A stretch of DNA of 64,000 nucleotides from Balanoglossus misakiensis. Its lineage: Eukaryota > Animalia > Hemichordata. The stretch covers positions 3,178,735 to 3,242,734 of the forward strand of contig CM082592.2 in NCBI GenBank assembly GCA_040954595.2. Reading direction: 5' to 3'. The notes beneath the pieces were generated by a model that saw only the letters and a list, made by a program, of their open reading frames with translations, made no database searches and was not told the DNA's origin. The first letter of the stretch is position 1. Every line of letters begins with the position of its first letter. A program made the position numbers and the translations under genes. Of this stretch, positions 39,401 to 52,200 are shown piece after piece.

Positions 39401-42400
39401 GGGTATACACGAGATTTTGGTACAATTCGAGACATATAGCACGAGCCGTTAGGTGAGTGCTAAATGGAGCGAATTGTACCAAAATCGAGTGTATACCCGA
39501 CTGAGGCGGGGGTTATTGCTATTATATTATATCAACAGTTGTTTTTGTGGCAAATCAGTGTCATTTTCTTACCAAAACGGCGTCAGAAAGAGAAATTACG
39601 ATCGTGAACCAACATGGCGACGTTGAATGTAATCACGTGCGGCCCGGGATCGAGCATTAAACATAAAGCAGACGCCAAAAAGTGACAAAAGTGCAAAATA
39701 TTCAGAGCAGAGCAGTTCCAAAATAAAACATCCGTAAATTCAAGTGTTTTTATGTTATTCATTTGGTTTAATCCCGCGCGACTGTGGTATAACCGCACAT
39801 TTTCCCTGCTGCATGCTAGTTCAGGGGCCCGTTTTACCACTGCCAGCAGTGGTAAAACAGTATTTTACCATAGCTCTCGTCCAATCAGAATCGCGGACGG
39901 TAGCATGATATAATATAATTATTTTTTTATAATAATAATAACACTGACTTCTTATATAGCGCATTACATAATAAATCTCAATGCGCTTTACAGTTATTCT
40001 CATGGTCCTTGGACCTAGGTCATTGGACCTGAATATTCCATTCAGCTCCCTGGGGAGCAAACAACAGCTCACATATGCAGCCGTTAGATCAGTGCAGCAG
40101 AGCTAAACATACACATTACAATCTCAGTCCTCCTGGGTGGGGAGAACCATTGAGAAGTAACCCAAGTACACAACACCACATCCATGCAAGGGAATCCACA
40201 TTCAAACTGTGAAGCAAAGTATTACAACTAGTATTTTATAACTAACTATACAAAGTTATCACAGTCAAACATATATTACTTATAGATACACATGTACATT
40301 GCATGTAAATACCTGCCTTTTCTGCAGCCTTGTGCAGATATTCCACTCCTTTTGAAATATTGCGTTCTACACCTTGCCCCTACAATAAAGACAAAAAAAA
40401 CAGCATCAAGGACATGACAACAGGCAATCAGCATTCAGGGTCAGATGAACAATTCAGTTCTCTCTTTTCAAGTATATCCTGTCATGTGCTGACGACCTTA
40501 GGTATTGAAACAAAATACATTATTGAATGAAATTGCTCAAACAGAAGTATTATCCTGAGCAATCTGATTAAAATCAGATGTAGGGTACGAAGACATCTTT
40601 CTCTTACACGATTTGGTATTCTTATTCTGTAAGTGAGGTAGAATCTTACCCTCAAAAGGATTATTCCATAGTCGTAGAGGGCAATAGCACCGGCATCTGG
40701 CGACTCTGCTGATATCTGATAGTACTCAACTGCAGCATCAACATTTCTATCAACACCTTGTTGACCCCAGAAAAGCATCCTTGCTAGTGTAGACTTGAAT
40801 AAATGGAAGTCATGAAAGTAAACATAACAGAATGAAGCTTTTTTTTTAATTTCCATATGGTTTCAACTAATTGTCTGCAGCAATACCACGATGCCAACAA
40901 ATTCAAATTACGTCAAAGGTCTTCTAAAATTTTAAAATAAATTCAGGACAGCCATGTGACCCAGATCTCATCTATAGCGGAAGTTGGAAAATACCAGTAG
41001 GTCAAAGGTTAAAAGTTGGGTTGCTTATCTGCAAGTACTATGGCAACTGCAGGTAAACAACATCTTACCTTTGCATCTCCAACACCATGTTTAGCCTGAT
41101 ATTTCAGCCATAGAAAATAGTCTCCGGTTTCTCCTCTTTGAGCATCTAATGCTTCCTTGTCAATAAGTCTGACATGCTCTGTGTACACCTATAAAAAGAT
41201 CAACAGATTCACTTCGAGAAGCATTTACACACAGCCAGTATATCACACTTCAGTATCCAGTTCATGTTGGACACAAATTATATATTTATTTATGAAAATG
41301 TTCCTAAGTAAGTATTTATTCCAATCATAGCCATATTGCAACAATATTCTGGCTGCATTGAATAGGTTTTCACCAGAAACACTTTCTCCAATGTTATTGT
41401 CTGGCTGGAGAATATTCTCATAACAGCTGTCTCTATAATAATAATAAGCTTTATTCAGTACTTTAGGCCACCAGCCTTTATGTTTACAGCTGTCTCTACT
41501 ACACTGCTACAATCAATTTGAGGTCTACTAAACATCATAAGCAGATGTATATATATGACACAAATTCATGAAGGCAAAGTATTTACCCCATCCGGATTAT
41601 GCTCCTCTCTATCCTTTGAAGATTTATCCGCGACATTGAGATAATAATCTGGAAAGAGAAGAAATGATAATTAGATGTGTGGAAGTCTTCAACTGCAAGA
41701 GATGAGTAACAAGTCATAGTGAATGATACAGTCCGCACTTCACTAGCAGATTAAGAAAGTATTCAAGGAAATCATAGAGTAATAATGCTAGTCATGGCAC
41801 AGGGATTTATTCAGCAAAAGTAATACTGATATGATAGAAACTGAATAAATTTTGTTGTCTACCGGCCTTTTAGCAAGAATTCAACAAAAGAGGGAGCATA
41901 CAAGGTCAGGTGGTAGTAATGCTAAGAGTTCACCAAAAGAGGGTTTCAGTTAGAATCATACCAAATTTGTTCTGTACTCACGGAAAGAACAGTCATGATC
42001 CTGTGGCAAACCATTTAATCCATGGAAATGTCTATAGCCGGATGCCATCAATGCTATGTTGTAATTTCCTAGTGTTGATATTAACAAATACAAATATCCC
42101 TGTCAACAAACAAGAAAAAAAATTAACAACAGTCTGTAAGATCTCTGAAGACGTATCAATGTCAATATAAAAGTACAGTTTATAAGTCAAGGAAGTCAAG
42201 TTGATAGCAGATATTCTCTGACAATTTTCTTACCTGTTCCAAACTCCTTTTAACTCCAGCTCCATTGTTATACAGAACAGACAGCATATAGGATGACTTA
42301 TAATCACCAAAGCAGCTACCTTGTTTAAGCAACATGATCATTTTGGGCACACCAAGGAGACCTTCAATTTCCTAGAAAGGGATGGTGTTATATCATTACT

Positions 42401-45400
42401 ACCAATGAATGGTAAATGCTTGTTGATGGTTCATAAAAAAAACAATGATCACCCCTGAATCCACTTAGAAAAACTGAAGACCCCCCTCCCCCGAGATTAA
42501 AAAAAATATGATGATCCCCCACCCACCCACCGAGACAAAAGTGGCAAAATTGTCATTATTTCAACAAATTTATAATTTTATGATCACTTTGCATGTGATT
42601 GATCACAACACAACACTCAATAAAACATTTCCTACACATTTTAGAAGCTCCCCATCAGTACCTAAATTTTTTCATCCAAATTTGTGAACACAAATTCTCT
42701 CTGGCTAGACAAATTACAATCAAGTTTAATTTTATGGCATGTATATATACTGTACACACTTTGTTCAAGTTTTGTTACATTTTTGGCACTGTGTAATAGT
42801 TAACAGGGTTTTAATAGTCTTTGTGATGTAAACTGTAATAGTCTTGTTGAAATACCTGGTATATACAAGATTATACTTGAGAACGATGCTACAACCATCA
42901 TCACTGTTGCTATGGTAAAACCACAGGCACCATCATGATCTTGGAACACTTACCAGATACATATTAATGGCTGTATCGTAAAGTTTGCGTCCAATATCCT
43001 GGAAATGTTTCTGTGTCATCTCTGTTATTTGCTGTGCAGCCAGTTGACGCAGTTCCCTGTATGGAATGATGTGTTTGCCATGTGTTGGTTCCTGCCATGG
43101 AGAACACTCTTCTGTGTCTATTTCAGATTTCTTTGCGTATTCACTCTGGATAAAGCTTGTGATATCTGCTGAGCAGGATCCTTGAGAAAAGAATTTTAAC
43201 TATAAGCCTCTAGAGCTGCCAAATTTCACATATTTTTTTCCACAATAAAATAATTGTTGTTTCTATCGCAACAAAGCTCTGTTGCAGTCCATCCTGGACT
43301 GGTTGAAGATGGCTGAGAGTCATCATTAACTTTCTTTGACTCAACAATTTGCACAGTGACCCCCTATTTTTTTTCTTTTGAGTGATTTGATATATTTCAA
43401 ACAAATTATCTACCAATTATCACCATCCCTCGTGCAGGCTAAAAATCATGATATTTGCCCTTGCCAACATGTGTTATGTGGCACCATCTTATACTACCCT
43501 AGGTAGAGTGATTCCCCTACTTAGATACATATCCCTCCTTGTTTGTCAGCTCAGAGGATACGGCTGCTAAGTGCAGAAATGAATACTTGCCTTCGGCAAA
43601 TGTGTGTATATGTTTTGTGTATGTCAAAGGTCTTACAATAAATAGTCAAGTACAATAGCATGCAATGAAAACGTGTATGTGTCCTTGTCGATTCTACAGT
43701 CACCACTTTCAAATTTCTGGGAGAATACACAAGCATCCATGCATAGAGACTACAATAAAAATATATTACTTACTTTTATGATAGTACTCTGCAATCATCG
43801 TGTGATAAGTTTGTAATCTGACACTCATATGCTGTTGAAATCGGTCACATTGTTGATAGAAGTCTTCTATACCAATGCTGAACATTGCATGGGTTTGTGC
43901 TGGATAAAATATCTTCATATGGTCACGAAGAAAGCAAACAGAAAAAACATTTCAATTAAAATCAAATAAATTATTTATTAGCAGGTTATTTTCTACTTGT
44001 TAAATTCATCAAATGTCCATATGGCCATGAAGGGTATGATGCTGGTATGCATGGTTTCAATAACATCATCTTTGCTATGTGGTACAAAATTTAGCTGTAC
44101 TGGAAAATGCTCTCAAGCTGTAAAGGTTTATAATTCAATAATCAATCTGTATTAAACAGCCGCTCTTCAAGGTCCACCTTTACAGAGATTTGAAACGATT
44201 GGACAGCTGTTCTGTATTGATAGTTTGTGTACTATTATCAAAACTTTTTTGTTTGGGTTATGTGGTCTCCATATGCAACATTTTAAGTCTGCACACAATT
44301 TTCCATATGTTATGCACTGATCAAAATTTATAACATCATCATTGCAGGCAGAACAGCTTTTAATGAGAAATAGACAATTAGTATAGAAGTACAATACAGC
44401 CAGGTGATCTCTACCTGATGAGGGTGTAGTACATGTGTCCTGTAAAATCTTGTCTCTGCCATGTAACCACTAAATCCAACAAAAGCTTCACTACCACCAA
44501 GATGAATGAATCCATCCATATCATTGATATAAACACCATGTGGAAAAGAATATCCTGTATGTATTTCATTTTCATGTTCATCTCCATAGGTGATATATAT
44601 ATCCCACTGTAACAGGAAAGTGCAGAAAAATCGCATCAATGGCACTCTGTTCCCATTTGAACAGAATATGTACATGAAAAACTGAAATTTTCCCCAAATA
44701 CAATTTCAATTTTAATATAACTGGACATATTATTATGACATTCCTTGGGCCATGCAAACTAATTAACTGCAAACAGATGAGTGGCTTATGAAAAGCTGAT
44801 ATGATAAGGTACATGTAGATGTTGGACTACTAGTATTCATTATGCTTTATGAATTGGAACAAGAAACTGCAGTACAGATATTTAAAAAAAACCCTGAAAA
44901 TGTAGCGAAAAGTTACAGTCAACAGAGCTTTAATTCAGTGTTACCTTCCCTCCATTTTGAGTGTAAATCAATCGAAACCACTGTTTAAGAGGTAATTGTA
45001 TAGATGGTAAATAGCTGTATGGAACTCCATTTGTCTGAACCACTTGAAGGTGAATTTGACCTGAAAAATAAACATTCAATAAATGTTATTTGATAAATGC
45101 AAAGCCGCGCCTTATGGTTTATGTTATAGTATTCTGTGTGTCAGTCTGTCTGTTTACACGATATCTCAAGAATGGCTCATCACATTTTGATCAGCTTTGG
45201 TACACAGCACATATCACACAAGGACATTCAGTTCATATCTGGCTTTACATACATATAAACCAAATGGCAGCCAAAAATTGTCCATAATCGTTGATCCACT
45301 CACTAGATTTCTGTCAATGTCCACATCCTACAGGATGGTTATGCTGTTACATATCTTACCGTCATCATTTAGAAGTACTAAGGGTGTTAAGAACTGGTTG

Positions 45401-47955
45401 TCATGGAAGCCCTTCCTCTGTATTATGCTGCAAAGTGACGACTGACAGTATTCTGTTAAGAACAGCCACATAGAATAAGTAAACCTGGGGAAGTACAGAA
45501 ACATATGGTAATGAAATGCAAGTATTTTTTTAGGAAAGATCAGCAACAGCTTTAGTGGATTAAAGGAGAAGTATAGTCCAGCTGATTTCTACATTTTTTC
45601 TTGACAAACCATTTCCGCCATGTATAACTAGCACAATGTTTTACTAAAACGGGGGAAAATGACAGAATTTCCATTATGGCGCTTACTGTATTTTGAGAAT
45701 CATGGGGAAAAAAGCATTGGGCTTGGCTTCCAACCAACATGATCCTGAGACAGAATCGTTTAATATTACTTACATTGGATTGTCGTGTTTCTTTCTTGCT
45801 GCATGTATCAATACATTATCGGTATATGGTGGTAACTGTCGAATGATGCCATTGTTAGTTTCCGAGAAGGACACTGGGAAACCAACTAGTTCAATTACCT
45901 CTGAAAAGTAATGGAGGTGTAGCTTTAGAAAAACCAATACATCTTAAAGATATAGGGTAGCTGGAGAAATGATCTATAGCATTGTTTTGAGAGTCATTGG
46001 ACTCACCCATCTTGGGAGAAGACTTGGTTATATGCATACATAGGTGTTGGAATGTTGGTTGGGGTCGGCAGTTTAGCATAACAATGTCATAGTAATGCTG
46101 ATAGTATTTATGTCATACATATATATACAAACAAACAAACATTATCGCATAAATACAGACAGACCTATGATGAATGCCAACTGATCCAATATGCTCCCAC
46201 TATACCCCATAAAATGACAGTGATAAAGTTTTGACATTTCAATCTCAAAGAATGAAAGAAACAAATAAATACAACTTACCTGGTTGCCATTCACACTTTT
46301 TTATGACGTGTTCTTTTAATTTATGTAAATGTTGGATATACCATTGGTAGCATAGCTTATGAGGTTTCACTGGTCTGGCATTCGGTGGCAGAACTTGGGT
46401 GCTGTATATGGCTTTGAATTCAGCTTTGTCGAAAGCAGCATTATGCAAAGTTGGTAGGTTTGAGTCAAAGAGCAGCCATACTCTTACATTTACATTGGAA
46501 ACAACAATAGATTTCTTCAGGATCCAGTCATCTTGATACGCAACAATATCAGGCAAGAGTATTTTCACAAACCGAGTTTTGGTTTTATTACCACTCTGAG
46601 TCTCGCTACAATGCCATAGTCTTTCAAATATTCTCACTTGCAGTTTCGTGTCCGAGTCTGCGTAAATCTGAAGACCAGCTGTCCTGTTTGTACTGCATGA
46701 ATAAGAAACTTTTAAAATAAAATGCTGCGATAAATAATCCGGCATATTTTCAACCATGATGAAATCTTCTGTTAAAGGTGTTGCTCTGTTATTCTTTGAC
46801 TCCTTAGCCTGAAAGAAAAAAACTAAATAGGTAAAATTGGTAATTTAAAGGGACAAAGTCTCTCTCTCTCTCTCGCTGCCCTTTTCCCATTAATTAATTA
46901 TGTTTGACACAAGACACCATTTATGTTCATGTACATGTGGATATATAGTGAATCAATGTTCAACCACATACAACTTCCATCCCACTTGTAGATACGAGAG
47001 TAAAAGACTTGCCAAAATGAATAAACGGTAGAGACTGATTATTCATTCATGGGTCAGCCACTTTTTGATATCCACAAAATATGAATTTTTAGTAACAAAA
47101 TTTCCAGAGTTTTCATCATCTTACTTTTGTGGAGCACTATTCTTTGAATTATGGGGTGCCAGTGTGCTGTCCTACAAACATGATTTTTATAAGCTTTGAG
47201 TCATTTTGAAGATTTCTCGAAATTTTTCTGAGTCAGTCCTATACATTTGCATTGAGTGTGGATAATTTTAAACCGAGCTGTGGGGTTTGCTAATTTAACC
47301 ATTTGATAAAATTTAATCCATATTTTTAACAGCAGAGGCCCCCCCCCCCCCCCCCCCAATCCAGCACTTATTAATTTTGGGATACACTAGAAATTGGCAT
47401 CATGATAATTGACATTGTTATGCAAATTAGTGCATCACAAATTCCTTTGGCGTAAAACAGATTGGGATGGGGCCGGGGGGGGGGGGCACTAAATTTTGAC
47501 ATGTGGTGATGTGCTGGCCATGGATAACACCTATGATAATGCTGCAATCTCGCATTCTCGGTGGTTTTTTTCAGACACGGTCTCTGATGCACAAGAATGC
47601 CAGCACTACAAATCATATGACATACATCGTCGCCTGGCAGGCCGTACTTTTGAAGCCGTGTACTTGTAATAATCACACATGAATTGAATGACCGGAAATA
47701 CGCCAAAGCCTGTATTAAAGTGTAACGCAGAGTTAGACGGAGGTAATTTTGTCAGAAAGTTTCCAGCAGTAACCATCTCATCACAGGTTATCGCTGACTT
47801 TGTGAATACTATATTATTGTACCAGTACCACAACAACATAAACAACGTTGGGCAACATTTCTAAAGTTCCCTGTGATATTACCTACCATCGCGACCAGTG
47901 AAGCTGAGGAAATCATAAGAAGACACATCGCATATGAATTGAATCCGAGTTCCAT
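35845..47955 (-). CDS. SEL1L3: Protein sel-1 homolog 3 (LamG-like + Sel1 repeats + C-terminal TM), ~1055 aa; exons 47887-47955, 46280-46808, 45774-45900, 45360-45484, 44945-45060, 44415-44606, 43774-43912, 42954-43180, 42234-42371, 41982-42099, 41587-41648, 41069-41188, 40650-40793, 40317-40379, 39089-39262, 38571-38698, 38136-38222, 37655-37745, 37297-37381, 36810-36916, 36508-36638, 36092-36194, 35845-35937
   Basis: Signal peptide; [30 protein letters not shown]; [26 protein letters not shown]; [23 protein letters not shown]; [41 protein letters not shown]; [19 protein letters not shown]; [11 protein letters not shown]; C-terminal hydrophobic helix. The 3168 nt are in frame provided intron 14 uses a GC donor. 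Confidence 0.9.
36333..36453. repeat. (CA)n/(CACG)n/(CAGA)n compound microsatellite
   Basis: Direct reading; intronic in SEL1L3. Confidence 0.95.
39372..39915. mobile_element. Non-autonomous repeat with a ~140-bp terminal hairpin (unclassified)
   Basis: AGCAATAACCCCCGCC..GGGTATACAC..GATTTTGGTACAATTCG / CGAATTGTACCAAAATC..GTGTATACCC..GGCGGGGGTTATTGCT (39380-39520); second hairpin GTTTTACCACTGC-CA-GCAGTGGTAAAAC (39831-39858); CpG-rich relative to the host intron. Confidence 0.55.
39928..40205 (-). mobile_element. SINE remnant with L2-type 3' tail
   Basis: Minus strand ends TGTAAAGCGCATTGAG..ATGCGCTATATAAGAA..(TTA)n, the stem-loop plus tandem-repeat tail typical of L2-mobilised SINEs. Confidence 0.6.
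41436..41485 (-). mobile_element. 50-bp 5'-truncated LINE 3' end with 13-bp target duplication
   Basis: ACAGCTGTCTCTA at 41423-41435 and 41486-41498 flanks GGCTGGTGGCCTAAAGTACTGAATAAAGC(TTA)n on the minus strand. Confidence 0.7.
46849..47047. mobile_element. Half copy of the AGGGACAAAGTC foldback MITE
   Basis: TTAA|AGGGACAAAGTCTCTC..GCTGCCCTTTT.. matches the arms of 4439-5100. Confidence 0.7.
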
Positions 47956-48314
47956 GACGATACAACTTCTATGAAAACTTTCCTGTACATGTACACGACT
48001 CTATAAACGTTATCATTGTCCACGTAATATGTCCACGTCTTCAAAGTTTACTTTATTAATTCCGCTCTTATATGCCACTGCGCATGTGCAGTACCATCAA
48101 ACACAAGTCACCAAGTCGACCGCGGCACGGCCCAACTTCTATCTATAAAATATTGACAGTGCATTTTCGCGTGCCAGAACTTCCGCTCCATGATCACGAT
48201 GCTAAAAATACCGTAAAGAGGCTTTTAGTTTACAACGATGGTACAGTGCCGTACGCGTCACTTGCCGACCTTTAGCCGTGCATATATTCAATGGCCCACG
48301 GGATGACCCGAAAC

Positions 48315-48852
48315 TTATAGTATATCCGATATACTATCCTTGGAAAAAAGTTTTCACTGATCCGGGGACATTCTGAAATCCAGCTAATTTCGAAAGTTTA
48401 GAACGATAATTAGAAAGCGATAATTATCGGATATATCCGATATGTCATTGGAAAAAAGTTTTCATTCAAACGGGCCGGGAGGCGTTCTAAACTGCAACTT
48501 ATTAAAGTTTAGAACGGATAAAAGTACAAAGGGATATACATGTATTGGATGTATATAACCTTGGGAAAAAGTTTTAACTCAAACGGGGGGGGGGGGGGGC
48601 GTTTTTAACTCCAGCTAATTTAGACCGATATTTAGAAAGCGATAATTATCGGATATAAATATCCTTCAAGTTGGAAAAAAAGGTTTTCACTCAAACGGAA
48701 GACATTCTAAATTACGAATAATTTAGAAAGTTTAGAACGATATTAAATTTTAGAAAGCGATAATTATCAGATATATAATTGAAAAAAGTTTTAACTCAAA
48801 CGGAATGCGCGCTTCTAACCTGCGGCTAATTTAGGAAGTTTAGAACGATATA
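48315..48852. repeat. Degenerate tandem array, ~107-114-bp unit, ~5 copies, between divergent genes
   Basis: GAAAAAAGTTTT recurs near 48343, 48451, 48565, 48674 and 48781, most copies followed by ..AAAGTTTAGAACGATA..AGAAAGCGATAATTATCGGATAT. Confidence 0.8.
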
Positions 48853-49218
48853 TAGTGATTTCTCAGTCATCCAGCTTTCTCTATTTTTAGGCTATTTTTA
48901 AGTTTAGAAACTTCTATACATGTACTAACTTTCTAAATGATTTATAGCTAATTTAAGATTCTAAGTTATGATTTAGATTTAGGGTTAGGTGTTTTTTTTC
49001 ATTGGTAGTTAACATCTGTGAGAATGCCAACTTTATTTCGCTGCTGTCAGATAGGACGCGGCTGATTGGATGTATGCAAATTAGGGCTTGTCTGACCCGC
49101 ATTTTGTCTGTCAGCTGTCAGTGCCTAGCCTTTGTACATGCACATGTAGCACACCACATCGCCTTAATTGCTGTTGTACACCTGCGTTGCTGAGCGTTGA
49201 AGAGGAATTATTGCAATA

Positions 49219-52200
49219 ATGGCATCTCGTGAGGACAGGTTAGAATGTATCAATTCTTTGTAATATATGCTATGACAAAAATCAATTGCGCAATTAACCT
49301 GTGCAGCTAGCTTTGTGAATGGGGTCACTGTGCCGTGGGGGGCGTAACGCAAACAGCTGAGGAATTTTCAGACCCCTACGGTTTCAAAGTCTGACTTGAG
49401 TAGCATGGCGGTTCGGTGTTGAGTCATGGCCAGACAAATCTGTTAACCATTGGTAGAAAACTATAGATCTCCTTCGGAAAGCGCAGAACATTAATGCCTA
49501 CACTACCATGACCTTGACAGGAGCAGGTCAAACTACCTTTCTATAGCTCCTGGACGATACCATTATTTTAGGGAGAGCCGAGTGGGTTTGAAGGTTAGTG
49601 TGATCAGGGTGACTCAGTCCTACATTAGTTGTCTGCTATGGTATCGGCATGGCCGCATGGTCTTAAAGTTGCACAGTTTTTATAACTTCTTCAAAACATG
49701 TTTATATCAAGTAAGATTGAAACTGATGTTACTTTCTTCCGGACAATCTAAGCCCAGTCACACTCACCAACGATGAGGGCGTTTATTGGAAAAAGTCACG
49801 TGACTATTTTCAAAATGGTAGCTTATGTATGTACGTTGTTGAGCTAACCTTCGGAAAACACGGGCGATTTCGTCCGATTGGAGAGTCTTTACCTTGAAAT
49901 GACAACAGTATTGATAACACTAGAATCGTACGAATATGTTGGCGAACTATCGCGCCTTAAGCATGGTTGGATTGGGTTGTAGACGTTTTTTCCTACGATC
50001 GATCATGAATGAAAAACGGAGGTTAATGCCCTTTTAATAATGTTGAGTGATAATGGCAGTCCTTTACAAGGACCTCTTCTTAATTTTATGAAAAAAATAT
50101 ATTCTGAATTTTAGTACACCATCAAGCCTTTTTAAATGTGGCGTACAGATCCAATTTCCAGATCTACTCCTATCACCATTACAGTTCTGTACATTAATTA
50201 TACATCTGTATAATATTTGTTTAAAAATGTGTATTTCCTTATTTTTAATGACAAAGTACTGTATGACATGACCCCGTATGTTTTTTCAGTTCCAATTTTA
50301 AACTTGTTGAGCCAAGTGAAGCCAGAACATTCATTATAAAATGTATGGAATCGGTTGGTACCAAGCCACAACATGCTGCAGCATTGGCAGAAGTATTAGT
50401 GATGGCAGACCTCAGAGGGCACTACAGTCATGGTATGAACAGACTTGGTAAGTTATGTCATTTTTAGTCCGCTTTGCCATATGTTTAACCGTTGGAGTAA
50501 ACTGAACATTACCCAGATGGTCACTTTCTTTGATATGTAAATGATAGTCTCATTATGCATGTTTGCGTTATGTAAGCTTGGTGGGTTTTTTTCCGCTCTT
50601 GTGGGTGTGCAACTCAGTTCAGACTTGGTCAGTGATGTGTTCATCCACTACATGTGTTGGTGACAAATAAAGTAAGTGACTGTACAGAAAACAAGCTATC
50701 GCTTCCTCTCGTTATATTGCACCGGACGCAATGAACTACCGCACCTCAACATTAACAATTAGAGCTTTTTGTACAGGGTTGTCAATGGGATTTTGTCCTA
50801 TTGATACATGTTACATGTACACCCTTTTCATTAGTCTAGCGCCCTCACACAGCCATCATGAATATGAACTCAAAGCGAGGCCAATGGGGAAAAGTTGACC
50901 AATCCGGGCAAAAGGTTAGTGCAAAATAATACGTAGTAGTCCTAAAACACCCATCCATTGATTTTTCAGAAATCTATATTGATGATATTCAAAAGGGAAC
51001 CACAGTGAGTGACCAGGAACCCATTGTAAAGAAGGAAACAGTGGCCACAGCATATGTTGATGGCTGTAACGTACTTGGACCTGTTGTTGGAAAGTTTTGC
51101 ATGGAATTAGCAATTAAAAAGGCGAAAGAGGCTGGCATAGGATGGGTTGCAGCTAATGGTGAGTTTTGTCCAGTGCTTATTTGCATATTTAAGGAAACTT
51201 CAATGAACTGATGCATGATAGCGACTTCAACACCTGAAGAGTGATTTTATGTGTTCTGGGTATGTACGGGCATGACATATTGGACCCTTTCATTATCTTA
51301 CACAGGTAGTAACCACTATGGCATTGCAGGCTGGTACAGCCTCATGGCAGTTGAAAACGGTTTTCTTGGAATGTCATTCACCAATACATCACCATTGGTC
51401 GTGCCAACAAGAGCAAAAGAGGTATAGAATTTTGTGAGGCATTTCTCAAATATCCCCGAACAACGGACAAAGCGGAATGAATAATTTCAATCTTGTGACA
51501 TTCTCACGAGTAGAGTCACTATCTCACTCTGAAACTGTTGCCGTAAAGAGGTCGTGGTTTACGATGATGTGTTGTGACAGTTTAAGGCTGACTACCATTG
51601 TATTTGTATTCAAGAGGCTGACAATAAGGGATGTTGAACTTTTTCATCCCCCTTCCCTCTTTAGAGGTTCAACCCTACCATAGAAAACAATGGGTTCGGA
51701 CTGAACCATGGTGGTGAAAGGGTTAAGGTCATAGCTGTATTGTCTGATGTGTAGGTTACTAATGCCATAGTCTTACCGAGGCAAATCCAACTATGATTAG
51801 TTATGCAGATGATAAATTATTTGGCATATAGTCAAAGAAATGTGTGTGTAAGATACTGAAGTTTTTTATGCAGATAGCTTATAGATTGTATTTAACTATG
51901 TGCTTTTAGTGTGTACTTGGTACCAATCCTATCTCATGTGCAGCACCAGCAAATAATGGTGATAGCTTTGTATTGGACATGGCCACTTCATCTGTGGCCC
52001 TGGGAAAGGTAAGAACAACGAAGGTATCACTTTAAATAATTTTGATCTTTTTTTTAATTAAAGGGACATCAGCTTATCTTTTGGCTTTAGTCCCATATTT
52101 GTGCTGTATGTAGAAGTGCTGCACAGATTGTGTGGAGACAGTGTGAAGCTATGTCATATTATTTCATAAAACTTGAAGCACACCTTGTCCTCATAAGTAT

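Noticed and set aside
43899-43902. CAG acceptor for SEL1L3 exon 7
   Set aside because: Gives an early in-frame stop; the AAG acceptor 13 nt upstream (exon start 43912) keeps the frame.
48315-48852. Possible CRISPR-like repeat-spacer array
   Set aside because: Whole units are homologous with no unique spacers, there are no cas genes, and the context is eukaryotic.
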